NCBI RefSeq assembly: GCF_963921235.1
Contig: NC_086108.1
Span: 86,058,001 to 86,122,000, forward strand
Source: Mobula hypostoma
Lineage: Eukaryota
DNA: 64,000 bases
Direction of reading: 5' to 3'
Below, in pieces: positions 50,212 through 63,134 of this stretch; the first letter of the stretch is position 1, and each line of letters starts with the position of its first letter. Below the pieces are notes generated by a model. That model was not told the DNA's origin. It did not search any database and saw nothing but the letters and a program-made list of their open reading frames with translations. The position numbers and the translations under genes were made by a program.

Positions 50212-53104
50212 CTAGCGGAAGTTAGTGAAGTCAATGTTCATGCCATCAGGTTGGAGGCTACCCAGACGGAATATAAGGTGTTGTTCCTCCAACCTGAGTG
50301 TGGCTTCATCTCTACAGTAGAGGAGGCCGTGGATAGACATGGGAATGGGATGTGGAATTAAAATGTGTGGCCACTGGGAGATCCTGCTTTCTCTGGCGGA
50401 CAGAGCGTAGATGTTCAGCAAAGCGGTCTCCCAGTCTGCGTCGGGTCTCACCAATATATAAAAGGCCACATCGGGAGCACCGGACGCAGTATATCACCCC
50501 AGTCGACTCACAGGTGAAGTGATGCCTCACCTGGAAGGACTGTTTGGGGCCCTGAATGGTGGTAAGGGAGGAAGTGTAAGGGCATGTGTAGCACTTGTTC
50601 CGCTTACACGGATAAGTGCCAGGAGGGAGATCAGTGGGGAGGGATGGGGGGTACGAATGGACAAGGGAGTTGTGTAGGGAGCGATCCCTGCGGAATGCAG
50701 AGAGGGGGGGGAGGGAAAGATGTGCTTAGTGGTGGGATCCCGTTGGAGGTGGCGGAAGTTACGGAGAATAATATGTTGGACCCGGAGGCTGGTGGGGTGG
50801 TAGGTGAGGACCAGGGGAACCCTATTCCTAGTGGGGTGGTGGGAGGATGGAGTGAGAGCAGATGTACGTGAAATGGAGGAGATGCGTTTAAGAGCAGAGT
50901 TGATAGTGGAGGAAGGGAAGCCCCTTTCTTTAAAAAATGAAGACATCTCCTTCGTCCTAGAATGAAAAGCCTCATCCTAAGAGCAGATGCGGCGGAGACG
51001 GAGGAATTGCGAGAAGGGGATGGCGTTTTTGCAAGAGACAGGGTGAGAAGAGGAATAGTCCAGATAGCTGTGAGAGTCAGTAGGCTTATAGTAGATATCA
51101 GTGGATAAGCTGTCTCCAGAGACAGAGACAGAAAGATCTAGAAAGGGGAGGGAGGTGTCGGAAATAGACCAGGTAAACTTGAGGGCAGGGTGAAAGTTGG
51201 AGGCAAAGTTAATAAAGTCAACGAGTTCTGCATGCGTGCAGGAAGCAGCGCCAATGCAGTCGTCGATATAGCGAAGGAAAAGTGGGGGACAGATACCAGA
51301 ATAGGCACGGAACATAGATTGTTCCACAAACCCAACAAAAAGGCAGGCATAGCTAGGACCCATACGGGTGCCCATAGCTACACCTTTAGTTTGGAGGAAA
51401 TGGGAGGAGCAAAAGGAGAAATTATTAAGAGTAAGGACTAATTCCGCTAGACGGAGCAGAGTGGTGGTAGAGGGGAACTGATTAGGTCTGGAATCCAAAA
51501 AGAAGCGTAGAGCTTTGAGACCTTCCTGATGGGGGATGGAAGTATATAAGGACTGGACATCCATGGTGAAAATAAAGCGGTGGGGGCCAGGGAACTTAAA
51601 ATCATCGAAAAGTTTAAGAGCGTGAGAAGTGTCACGAACATAGGTCGGAAGGGATTGAACAAGGGGTGATAAAACAGTGTCGAGGTATGCAGAAACGAGT
51701 TCGGTGGGGCAGGAGCAAGCTGAGACAATAGGTCGGCCAGGACAGGCAGGTTTGTGGATCTTGGGTAGGAGGTAGAAACGGGAAGTGCGGGGTGTGGGAA
51801 CTATAAGGTTGGTAGCAGTGGATGGGAGATCCCCTGAGCGGATAAAGTCGTTGATAGTGTGGGAGACAATGGCCTGGTGCTCCTTGGTGGGGTCACGATC
51901 GAGGGGTAAATAAGAGGAGGTATCCGCGAGTTGTCGCTGTGCCTCGGCAAGGTAGAGGTCAGTACGCCAGACTACAACAGCACCCCCCTTATCAGCGGGT
52001 TTAATAATAAGGTTAGGATTAGTGCGGAGGGAGTGGAGAGCAGAGCGTTCCGAAGGAGTGAGGTTGGAATGGGGACAAGGTGCGGTGAAGTCGAGACGGT
52101 TGATGTCCCGCCGGCAGTTAGCAATAAAGAGATCCAGAGCAGGCAGAAGACCAGAGCGGGGTGTCCATGAAGAAGAGGAGGGTTGAAGACGGGAGAAGGG
52201 GTCATCGGTGGGGGTGGAAGAGTCCTTGCCGAAGAAGTAGGCTCGGAGACAGAGACGGCGGAAGAAAAGTTCCGCATCGTGGCGAACACGGAACTCGCTG
52301 AGGTGTGGGCGAAGGGGGACAAACGTGAGGCCCTTACTGAGAACAGAGCGTTCTGCCTCCGACAGTTGAAGGTCGGAGGGGATGGTAAAGACCCGGCACG
52401 GATGAGAGCTGGGATCAGAGGGGGGAGGGGGGAGGCTGGGGGTGTCAATGGAGACGGGAGGGTTGGGGTGAGAGGAAGATGGAGCCTCTGAGGGCCCAGG
52501 AGCTGACGGTGGGATCTGAGGAAGACGGGGCTGCGGAGTGGTGGTGGGGGAAGGGGAGACGGGAGTCACAACAGCAGCACATAAAGACCTGGCCTGGAGT
52601 TCAAGGCTGGAGTCGCAGTTGGTGGTTGCGCAATCACTTCGAATGTGTCCATGGTCGTTGCTGGAGTCCGGGTTTTGAATATGTCCTGAGGTGTTGGAGC
52701 CGCCGAGATCAATGGTAGGCGCCGCAATTGAAAGTTCATGCCTGCTAGCGTCGGGGCCGGCAGGCTCTGGAGTCCACAGATGTAAGATCTTACGATCTTT
52801 GCCTAACATTGACAAAGTCAAAAAAACGGCGATTGCAGGCGTGGATCCGACGGAGGATGAAATACCGGGTAGGACCATTACAGACGGCGAAGAAAGTGTC
52901 CCGAAGGTGTGGAAGGGTCTGGGATAGGGACACCAAGTACCTCCTCATGGCGGAGAGCGTCGCCTTCAGAGCTTGACGGGAGAAGCGGCGAGAGGCAGAG
53001 TCAATAAAATGTGAGTACCTGGGATCCTCAGAAGGTCCAAATTGAGAGGCTTGGAAACGAATCCTAAAGCCAACTGGAGTAAGTTGGCGACGGATGCACG
53101 TTCC
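50212..53104 (-). pseudogene. Penelope RT/GIY-YIG polyprotein, lightly disrupted
   Basis: 633-aa ORF 50977-52878 with IIKPADKGGAVVVW, FYLLPKIHK, GRPIVS, FTMDVQSLYTSIPH, GVAMG and RYIDD. Downstream: Cys linker PCKRNKCYTC and GIY-YIG VIYCVRCSRCGLLYIGET...RFAEH. Lesions: frameshift near 52810, TAG at 50977-50979, frameshifts near 50708 and 50340. Confidence 0.93.
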
Positions 53105-53549
53105 AAATCAAAATACTTTTCAAATGGTGAAAAAAATAATGCCTGTTGGAACAGAAAGGAATTTTATTTTTTGGTTTGAAAATGAAGAAAGGTAATGTTC
53201 AAGCAAATAAAACTGGACTGGAGGCCTATTGGACTTGACTGCAAAGGAATTAGAGCGTAAAAATAAGGAAGCTTTGCTGAAGTTGTACAAGGCTATAGTG
53301 AGAGCTCCTCTCATGAACTACGTGTAGTTTTTGTCTCCATACCCAAAGAAGGAATATTTACCTTGGAGTCTGTGCAGCATAGATTCGCGAGGTTAATCCT
53401 GGGATGAGAGATTTGTTCTTTGAAAGTAGATTGAGTAAAGTTCGCCTAAACACAAAAGCGCTTTGAAGAATGAGAGTTAATCCTTCTGAGACACACAAGA
53501 TTCTGAGATGAATTGATGGGAGGGATGCCAGGAGGCTGCTTCCATAAAC

Positions 53550-54090
53550 TGGAGATGTGAGAGAGAGAAATGGGAATGGGGAATGGTGAAGGTGAGGGGC
53601 AATGACTGGAAATTGATTTTTATCCATATGGGTAGACGGAATATGTGTATCTCTTTTCCACAGAAACTGCTTGGCCTGCTGAGTTCCGCCAGCATTTTGT
53701 GTAACATTGTCCCCCGTTCACCATTCCCCCATTCTTGTTCCCCTCTCTCATCTTATCTCTTAACCCATCCATCACCCCACTCTGGTGCTCCTCCTCCTTC
53801 CCTTCCATGTTCTTCTACCCTCTCCTATCAGATTCCCCCTTCTCCATCCCTTCATCTCTCACACCAATCAATTTCCCAGCTCGTTACTTCACCCTTCCCT
53901 CCCTCCTGGTTTCTCCTATCACCTACCATCTTGTACATCTTCCTCCCTCTCACCAACTTCTTGCTCTGACTTCTCATCATTTTTTGCAGTCCCAATGAAG
54001 GGTCTTGGCCTGAAACATCAACTGTTTACTCTTTTCCATTGATGCTGCCTGGCCTATTGTGTTCCTCCAGCATCTGTGGGTGTTGCTTTT
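53550..54090. mobile_element. Old rearranged Penelope-like 3' fragments
   Basis: Short minus piece at about 53550-53620, plus-strand tail at about 53640-53700, and plus-strand 3' UTR 53705-54090 with a decayed hammerhead at 53987-54024. Confidence 0.72.
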
Positions 54091-54153
54091 TTTTCAGCAT
54101 CTTCATTTTTTTTGTGTCAAAGGCAATATGCTGTGCTTTAAATATTTCAGTAA

Positions 54154-57100
54154 TATAGAACATAGAACATAGAATAGTACAGCACAGTACAGGCCCTTCG
54201 GCCCACAATGTTGTGCTGACCCTTAAACCCTGCCTCCCATATAACCCCCAGCCTTAAATTCCTCCACATACCTGTCTAGTAGTCTCTTAAATTTCACGAG
54301 TGTATCTGCCTCCACCACTGACTCAGGCAGTGCGTTCCACGCACCAACCACTCTCTGAGTAAAAAACCTTCCGCTAATATCCCCCTTGAACTTCCCACCC
54401 CTTACCTTAAAGCCATGTCCTCTTGTATTGAGCAGTGTCGCCCTGGGGAAGAGGCACTGGCTATACACTCTATCTATTCCTCTTCATATCTTGTATACCT
54501 CTATCATGTCTCCTCTCATCCTCCTTCTCTCCAGAGAGTAAAGCCCTAGCTCCCTTAATCTCTGATCATAATCCATACTCTCTAAACCAGGCAGCATCCT
54601 GGTAAATCTCCTTTCCAATGCTTCCACATCCTTCCTATAGTGAGGCAACCAGAACTGGACACAGTACTCCAAGTGTGGCCTAATCAGAGTTTTATAGAGC
54701 TACATCATTACCTCGCGACTCTTAAACTCTATCCCTCGACTTATGAAAGCTAACACCCCATAAGCTTTCTTAACTACCCGATCCACCTGTGAGGCATCTT
54801 TCAGGGATCTGTGGACATGTACCCCCAGATCCCTCTGCTCCTCCACACTACCAAGTATCCCGCCATTTACTTTGTATTCTGCCTTGAAATTTGTCCTTCC
54901 AAAGTGTACCACCTCACACTTCTCCGGGTTGAACTCCATCTGCCACTTCTCAGCCTACTTCTGCATCCTATCAATGTCTCTCCGCAATCCTCTACACTAT
55001 CCACAACACCACCAACCTTTGTGTTGTCTGCAAACTTGCCAACTCACCTTTCTACACCCACATCCAGTTCATTAATAAAAATCACAAAAAGCAGAGGTCC
55101 CAGAACTGATCCTTGTGGGACACCACTAGTCACAACCCTCCAATCTGAATGTACTCCTTCCACCATGACCCTCTGCTTTCTGCAGGCAAGCCAATTCTGA
55201 ATCCACCTGGCTAAACTTCCCTGGATCCCATGCCTTCTGACTTTCTGAATAAACCCAACGTATGAAACCATGTCAAGTGCCTTACTAAAATCCATGTAGA
55301 TCACATTCACTGCACTACCCTCATCTACATACCTGGTCACCTCTTCAAATAACTCTGTCAGGCTTGTTAGACATGATCTGCCCTTCACAAAGCCATGCTG
55401 ACTGTCCCTGATCAGACCATGATTCTCTAAGTGCCCACAGATCCTATCTCTAAGAATCTTTTCCAACAGCTTTCCCACCACAGGCTCACTGGTATATAAT
55501 TACCCGGACCATCCTTACTACCTTTTTTGAACAAAGGTGCAACATTCGCCTCCCTCCAATCCTCTGGTACTATTCCCGTGGACAACGAGGACATAAAGAT
55601 CCTAGCCAGAGGCTCAGAAATCTCTTCCCTCGCCTCGTGAAGCACCCTGGGGAATATTCCATCAGGCCCCGGGGATTTATCCGTCCTAATGTATTTTAAC
55701 AACTCCAACACCTCTTCTTCCTTAATATCAACATGAGCCAGAACATCAACCTCACTTGTATTGTCCTTACCGTCATCAAGTTCCCTCTCATTGGTGAATA
55801 CCGAAGAGAAGTATTCATTGAGGATCTCACCCACTTCCACAGCCTCCAGGCACATCTTCCCACCTTTATCTCTAATCGGTCCTATCTTCACTCCTGTCAT
55901 CTTTTTGTTCTTCACATAATTGAAGAATGCCTTGGGGTTTTCCTTTACCCTACTCGCCAAGGCCTTCTCATGCCCCCTTCTTGCTCTTCTCAGCCCCTTC
56001 TTAAGATCCTTTCTTGCTTTCCTATATTCCTTAATAGACCCATCTGATCCTTGCTTCCTAAACCTCATGTGTTCTGCCTTCTTCCCCCTGACTAGGTTTT
56101 CCACCTCACTTGTCACCCGTGGTTCCTTCAACCTACCATTCTTTATCTTCCTCACTGGGACAGATTTATCTCTAACATCCTTGTAAGAGATCCCTAAACA
56201 TCGACCACATGTCCATAGTACATTTCCCTGCAAAAACATCATGCCAATTCACACCCGCAAGTTCTAGCCTTATAGCCTCATAAATTGCCCTTCCCCAATT
56301 AAAAGATTTCCTGTCCTCTCTGATTCTATCCTTTTCCATGATAATGTTAAAGGCCAGGGAGCGGTGGTCACTGTCCCCCAGATGCTTACCCACTGAGAGA
56401 TCTGTGATCTGACCCGGTTCGTTACCTAGAACTAGATCTAGCATGGCGTTCCCCCTGGTTGGCCTGTCCACATACTGTGACAGGAATCCATCCTGGACAC
56501 ACTTAACAAACTCTGTCCCATCTAAACCATTGGAACTAATCAGGTGCCAATCAATATTAGGGAAGTTAAAGTCACCCATGATAACAACCCTGTTATTTTT
56601 GCACCTTTCCAAAATCTGTCTCCCAATCTGCTCCTCTGTATCTCTGCTGCTACCAGGGGGCCTATAGAATACCCCTAGTAGAGTAACTGCTCCCTTCCTG
56701 TTCCTGACTTCCACCCATACTGACTGAAAGGAGGATCCTGCTACACTACCCACCCTTTCTGTAGCTGTGATAGTATCCCTGACTAGTAATGCCACCCCTC
56801 CTCCCCTTCTTCCCCCATCTCTATCCCTTTTAAAGCACTGAAATCCAGGAATATTGAAAATCCATTCCTGCCCTGGTGCCAGCCAAGTCTCTACAATGTC
56901 CACTACATCATAATTCCATGTATGTATCCAAGCTCTCAGTTCATCACCGTTGTTGCCAATGCTTCTTGCATTGAAGTACACGCACTTTAGCCCTTCTACC
57001 TTACTACCTTTACACCCTTTATTCTGTTTCTCTTTCCTCAAAGCCTCTTTATATGTTATATCTGACTTTACTCCATGTACTATACTTGCAGTTCTCGCAT

Positions 57101-57450
57101 GACCTTTATCCTCCTCCACCTCACTATCTGCTCTTTCCCCTCCCCCTGCAAATCTAGTTTAAACCCCCCAGAGTAGCACTAGCAAACCTTCCCACAAGGA
57201 TATTAGTCCACCTCCAGCTCAGGTGCAACCCGTCCCGTAGGAACAGATCCCATCTTCCCTGGAACAAGACCCAATAGTCCAGGAACATGAAGCCCTCCCT
57301 CCTGCACCAACTCCTTAGCCACGTATTTAGCTGCATTACCTTCCTATTTTTAGCTTCACTAGCACATGGCATGGGTAGCAATCTTAAGATTGCAACCTTG
57401 GAGGTCCTGTCCTTCAAGTTTGTACCTTACTCCCTCTCTTTGCAGGACCT
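54154..57450 (-). mobile_element. CR1 LINE (ORF1 C-terminus plus whole ORF2 in frameshifted pieces)
   Basis: 315-aa endonuclease ORF 56172-57119 (CVYFNARSI, ETWL, FYRPP, MGDFNFPNIDW, SDH). RT pieces 55427-56242, 55044-55481, 54700-54939. Tail (ATAGAAC)n at about 54154-54175. Confidence 0.94.
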
Positions 57451-57454
57451 CCTC

Positions 57455-60400
57455 CTTCTTAAAAATAAGGCATTACATTTCAGACTCTCATCTTTTCCTT
57501 TCAACTAGTTTAATATTTTGGAGTTACAAAACTTTACACTGGTGATGAAGACGCTTTAAAATGAACCTGAGATGACTACTACCTGTTGAAGTGCAGTGAG
57601 ACTTTCGAGTAAAATAAAATTGCACAGCATATGCTTCTTTTGGAGGGACAGAAATGGTTGAGTAGAAAGAAAGTCAGGAAATGGACAATTTCATTTGTTC
57701 ATCTACAGTGATAATAATCATTAAAAAAGAAGCTGGATTTGAGAAAGATTGACGCACTTGATTACACAAAGCAAGATACTAATGAAATAAATGGGAACCA
57801 ATTTTACTGAGCACATTGGGCTTAAAGGCATACAGTTTACTTAGAAATTTGACTGCACCAACCAAACCAGCTAAAAAGGGGTTTGCTGATATTGTGAAAG
57901 CAATGAAGGACCATGTAGAACCAAAACCATTAGTGATTGTAGAACACTTCAAGTTTCATAAACAGAATCAATAGGAAGGGGAGTTGATTTCAGCGTACAC
58001 GGCTGAATTAAAGAGATTGTCTGAGCATTGCCAGTTCAGTAATCGGCTTAATGATGCACTGAGAGGTCATATTGTTTGTGGAATCTTGCAAGAAAGCATT
58101 CAAAAATGGTTCCTAACTGATGCACAACTTACATTTAAAAGAGCAGTTGAAATAGTTGTATCAATGTAGACAGCAGACAGAAACAGAACTGAGTTGCAGT
58201 CAGGAATGAAAGTGAGTGTGAACAAAATTGTAATGTCTAAACAGAAACCAGCTGGCCCAGCAAATTCTGTTACTGTTGAGACAGGGGCTCACATACACCA
58301 GATCACTGCAGTTTTCAAGGTGAAACCCGCAGAAAATGCAACACAATAGGGCACACACAAAGAGCATGTCAGGCAGACAAAAGTAAATGGACTGCACAGG
58401 GAAGAGAAAAATATAAAGCTTCAAGTTGTAGTTCTAAAAAGGACAATAATCTGCATACTGTTGATGAAAAGTCTAATAATGATGAGAGTGACACTGGATT
58501 GAGTAGCCTTGAGATTTACAATGTGAAAACTAACGATAGACAAATAATATGGCTTACATCCGAAGTGAGTGGTAAATTAATTAAAATGGAATTAGACACT
58601 GGCTCAGCTGTTTCAGTCATTCCACAAAATGAGTTTGAACAGCATTTCAAAGATACTGAACTGAATCCTGCAGATATTCAATTAAGAAATTATACTGGAG
58701 AAAAGATAACTCCTATGGGAATGACATTCATAACAGTGAAATACAACATCCATAAAGCCACATTGGGCTTGTATGTGGTAAAAACAGGAGAGCCAACATT
58801 ATGGGGCATGTTTGGTTGAGACGACTACAATTTGATTGGAGGATCATCCACCATTTATATGCCACAACCTGGCAATAAAGACAACTGAAAGCAAATTCAG
58901 AAAGTTACTGGATGATGCCAAAGCAGTGTTCAAGGATGGCATTAGAAAATTCAAACATATCAAGGGCAAAAGAGTGTTAAAAGAAAATGCCACACACAAT
59001 TTTTGCTAATCCTCCCTGGTTTCTTATGCAATCTGTTACCAAGTAACCAGTGAACTACTGTAGATCATGTGGAGGCTGAAGGAATTCTTTCCAAAGTTGT
59101 GTGGAGCTCATGGGAAATACCAGTGGTCCCTATAGCCAAGAAGAATGGGTCTGTCAGGATCTGTGTAAATTTTAAGGTCAACTTCAACCCAGTGCTGAAA
59201 GTAGATTAATACCCTCTGCACAGGACAGAAGATATCTTTGCAAACCTTTCTGGAAGGAAACACATCAGCAAAGTGGACTTAGCTGAGGCCTACCCAATGG
59301 AGATGGAGATGGAAGGAGAGTCCAAAGATTTCTGACTATAAACACTCACAAAGTGTTTTCTTGTTATAATAGGCTTGTTTTTGGAGTAGCATCTTCACCT
59401 GCACTCTGGCAGAAAGCTATGGCCCAGATGCTGGAGGCCAGTCTAGGCACTCAGTGTAACATATGACATAATTATTACTAGTAAGGATGGCAAGGAACAT
59501 CTCCAAAATGTCAAGAAACTGTTAAAAAGATGAGAAGATTATGGGCTCAGATCACAATGCAAGAGTCTGAATTCTTTAAACCAAGCATCACTTACTGTGG
59601 TCACGCCATTGACACACAAGCATTGCACAAATGTGCTGAGAAAATGCAAACAGAGGTGAATGCCCTAAAACCAACAGCCTCCACTACAGGCTTGCATACC
59701 GTTGATATGTTGAGAAGTATCTTCGCAAGGACTGGTGTTTCAGAACACATAGTCAGTAACAGTGACACACAGTTTGTGCTGGAATAGTTTCAGTCATTCC
59801 TGAAAATGAATAGAATAAGTCATATTATATCTCCACAGTACCACTCAGCTGTGAATGGTTTGGCAGAAAGGTTTGTCTAGAGTCCAAAGAATGCTGAGCA
59901 ACCAATGTCAGCAGAACACACTACACTAACAGTGAACCAGAAGCTTGCCAATTTCCTCCTTGCATATTGTAAGGCAGCCCACTCCACGACCAACAACTCA
60001 CCAGCTGTGCTGTTCCTGGGTGATACTTTAAATTCAAATTTGGATCTCCTCAAACTCAATCTCAAAGGAACAATGCGGGACAAACGGCTGAAATAAATTG
60101 AGGGCTCCTCAGACAAGGAGGTCTGATGTTTCAGTCCTGGACAAGCAATCCTGGAGAAAGACTACAAATGTGACCAAAAGTAGTACTTGGAAAGATTAAG
60201 GATAGAATTGGACCACTCTCCTACACAGTGGACATCTTCTGGAGAAAACATATCGATCAGCTGAGGAGAACAGAGGACAGCAAAGAAGAAAAGTTGCCAG
60301 AACTGTCAGAACCACTTTCTCAGTACCCGAGTCAACTCCCACAGGTACTATGGAGGAAGCCCCAGAATCTGATATTGCTTCACAGCCACAAGTCTCACCT

Positions 60401-61260
60401 ACCAAGCAGAGTGATACCCCTTGTCAGAAAATGCAGTACCCCACAAGAGTAAGAAAGCCTCCACAGCGATGAAATCTTTGGTCCTGAATGGGACAAATCA
60501 AAATTTTATTATGCTGTGGATGTCTGCATAGTAGTTGTATTATATACCATACTGTGTATACAGCTGAGATGTATTCTATATTGAGTTGGAGATTATAGCT
60601 AGCAAGGAGGAGTGTTTTGTGTTTAATATTAAAGTAGTATTTAAGTGATTTTGATATACTGACATTGGAGAGGGTTCAGGGAAGATTCACAAGAATGATT
60701 CCAGGAAAGAAAGGGTTACCATATGAGGAATGTCTGGCAGCTCTTGGGCTGTATTCCCGGAGTTCAGGAGAATGAGGAGGGGATCTCATAGAAACATTCT
60801 GGATGTTAAAATGCCTGAAAAGATTAGATATGGCAAAGTTATTTCCCATGGTAGAGGATTCTAAGACAAGAGGGCATGACTTCAGGATTGAAGAACGTCC
60901 ATTTAGAACTGAGATGTGGAGAAATTACTTTAGTCAGAGGGTGGTAAATCTGTGGAATTTGTTGCCATGAGCGGCTGTGGAGGCCAAGTCATTGGGCGTA
61001 TTTAAGGCAGAGATAGATAGGTTCTTGATTAGCCAGGGCATCAAAGGGTATAGGGTGAAAGCAGGGGAGTGGGGATGACTGGAAGAATTGGATCAGCCCA
61101 TGATTGAATAGCGGAGCAGACTTGATGGGCCGAATGGCCTACTTCTGCTCCTATATCTTATGGTCTTGATCTATTGTTTGATTAGGCAGTTTTATTCATT
61201 TAAATAATTCCATATAGGTTATATATATTCTTTTGCTTTTGTCCTTCTTATGCAGTTGCA
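57455..61260 (+). mobile_element. Gypsy LTR retrotransposon remnant (gag, protease, RT, partial integrase)
   Basis: LTR end ..TTACA then PBS-like TGGTGATGA at 57540. Gag AELKRLSEHCQF...LRGHIVCGI; protease MELDTGSAVSVIP; RT WEIPVVPIAKKNGSVRICVNFKV; integrase LRSIFARTG and LANFLLAYCKAAHSTTNNSPAVLFLG. PPT AAGGAGGAG at 60604-60612 then TG. Right end uncertain. Confidence 0.88.
60655..61168 (+). mobile_element. CR1 3' fragment inserted in the Gypsy 3' LTR
   Basis: LERVQGRFTRMIPG...FSQRVVNLWN-type sequence; tail CTGCTCCTATATCTTATGGTCTT. Confidence 0.9.
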
Positions 61261-61529
61261 AGCGCCTCAAAGGATTCTGTGTCTTACTGCTTAACGATTC
61301 CGCTGACAGCTTGGTTTTCCAGCATGGGTGCAGTTGTATAAGCATGGTGATAGAGTGGAAGTATATCATGAGGCCACCATCTGAATCTCAGCCTGTAAAA
61401 CTGAGTGGGTATTAGCACTACAGGCAACACGCATAGAGCACATTCCACAAAAAAAAAATTGCAAAAGGTAAAAGAATGGTAGCTGTGTTTTGACACACCG
61501 ATTTATTCACTAAAACAGGAACTGTGTGG

Positions 61530-62340
61530 TTCTCGTTGGAGCCGCTATGCAGAGCCCACAGCTACTGTATCATCACTGTGCTGACTGCTGGGATGCACTT
61601 GAAGGACAGATAAGTGGGAAAGCTGTAGATCAGTAGCACAGATAGTATGGACATGGTGAAATACCAGACTAGTTAATTTTCCTTACAAGTCTATCTCTTG
61701 ACCCTGGCATTCCCCCCACAGTGCAATAGTGCTGTGACAGGAGAGTTTTCTGGAGGTGGGCAAGGGAGCCTGGACTTTCTTCCTGCAAGGAACTGACCCG
61801 AATAGCTTTGAGTGGCTGTAAGCTGTTGAGTTGTAAGGATTGTTCAACCTGGCAGGCATTACTGCACCTTGCACTGAAGTCATGTAGGGAACTCTATGGT
61901 GCCTGCAGATTTGACTTTCCCAATGGAACCTAAGGCTATGAGTAGAGGCTTTTGGTCACTGGGGGATCTGTCTGCTACTGAAGAGGAGAGACTGCCTTTT
62001 GATCCCTGGTGGGATTGTTCACTGCCAGAGAGGAAAAGAGGCCTGCTGCTGTGCCTGGAGTATGTTACCCAGGTTTTTCTGCATTTTAGACGTGGACTTG
62101 GACTATAGGTTTTTAATATTCTGTGTTTTTCACCCGATCTTTTTTGATTTTGTATGCAGGGGAGGGGGAATTCAGGGGTTAATGTGCCTGTTCCATTTTT
62201 GTTCATTTTTTGTGCTGCAGTGATGGAGTTGGGTGAATGATGATCATGCTTCCATTGTTTTTTTTTCTTGATTTCGTGGCTATCTCGAGAAGAAGAATTT
62301 CAGAGTTGTATACTGCGATAACAAATGAACCTTTGAACCA
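61530..62340 (+). mobile_element. Probable non-autonomous LINE-derived element with Rex/Babar-type tail
   Basis: Ends GAAGAATTTCAGAGTTGTATACTGCGATAACAAATGAACCTTTGAAC, similar to the tails at 12470-12895. The 5' boundary is a guess. Confidence 0.4.
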
Positions 62341-63134
62341 TTTTTAGAGAATAAAGAATTCTTTAATGCACATCTCTGCTCCTTATTTCATTTTGTTCCC
62401 AATAACTACAGGTCATAGGTTTCACCAGCTTGGTTTGATAATTGTAGAAATAGCCAGATCCTTTTTGAGGATGACATGAAGTGTGTAACTGCCATCAGGC
62501 TAATGGGATTCACACCCAGGAGAGCCCAAGCCAATTTCCCAATAGTTGTTAATTGACCCAGAAATGATTACTATTGCAACCTAAAGTGAGCCAAACAGTT
62601 TTTATGTGCAGTATGGGTCCAATTTATTGCAATTCAACTACTCCTGCACTCTGTTCATGCTGGGTGTATAGTGATAATATCTCTTCCTGGAACTTTAATT
62701 TACTTCTAATGCATATGTGCACTGATGATGTGACCTGAGTTGTACAGAAGGAACCAGAAGGTATAAGTTTAAAGTTAAGAAGCCTTGTAGAAAAAACAAT
62801 GTTTGCATAGAAATGATGCTGCACTCCAAAAATAAAGCATCATAAGGCTGGAAGAAGAATCATAGGTTTATCCGAATAGCTATGAAGTGAAATAATCAGT
62901 GACATGATAGTCTGTGTACTGCTGATGAAAAGTGAGGGATAAATTTGTCCACAAAGAACCAGCAAACCAAGATTGAACTACAGAATGAAAATAAAAAGGA
63001 AATGCAATAAATTTGAAACAACAACCTAAATATAGACTTTATGCTACAGATAAATCAGTATTTGGAGAGATAAAAAGACAGGGTGAGATATGCTAGAAAT
63101 TTAAGCTACATTGTGATATTATGCAATATAATCA

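Larger units (their letters stand above)
49786..53104 (-). mobile_element. Penelope-like element (Neptune-type), young, 5'-truncated, with 13-bp TSD
   Basis: TSD AAATCAAAATACT at 49773-49785 and 53105-53117. RT plus GIY-YIG ORF and a 3' UTR with a hammerhead motif. Inserted in a much older CR1. Confidence 0.95.

Noticed and set aside
49930..50215. G-quadruplex or triplex regulatory element
   Set aside because: The purine/pyrimidine skew and G-runs are a general property of this Penelope 3' UTR. Nothing supports a locus-specific function.
50977..52878. Telomerase, retron or a domesticated host RT gene
   Set aside because: The DKG motif, downstream GIY-YIG, TSD, multicopy 3' ends and disabling lesions identify a Penelope-like element copy.
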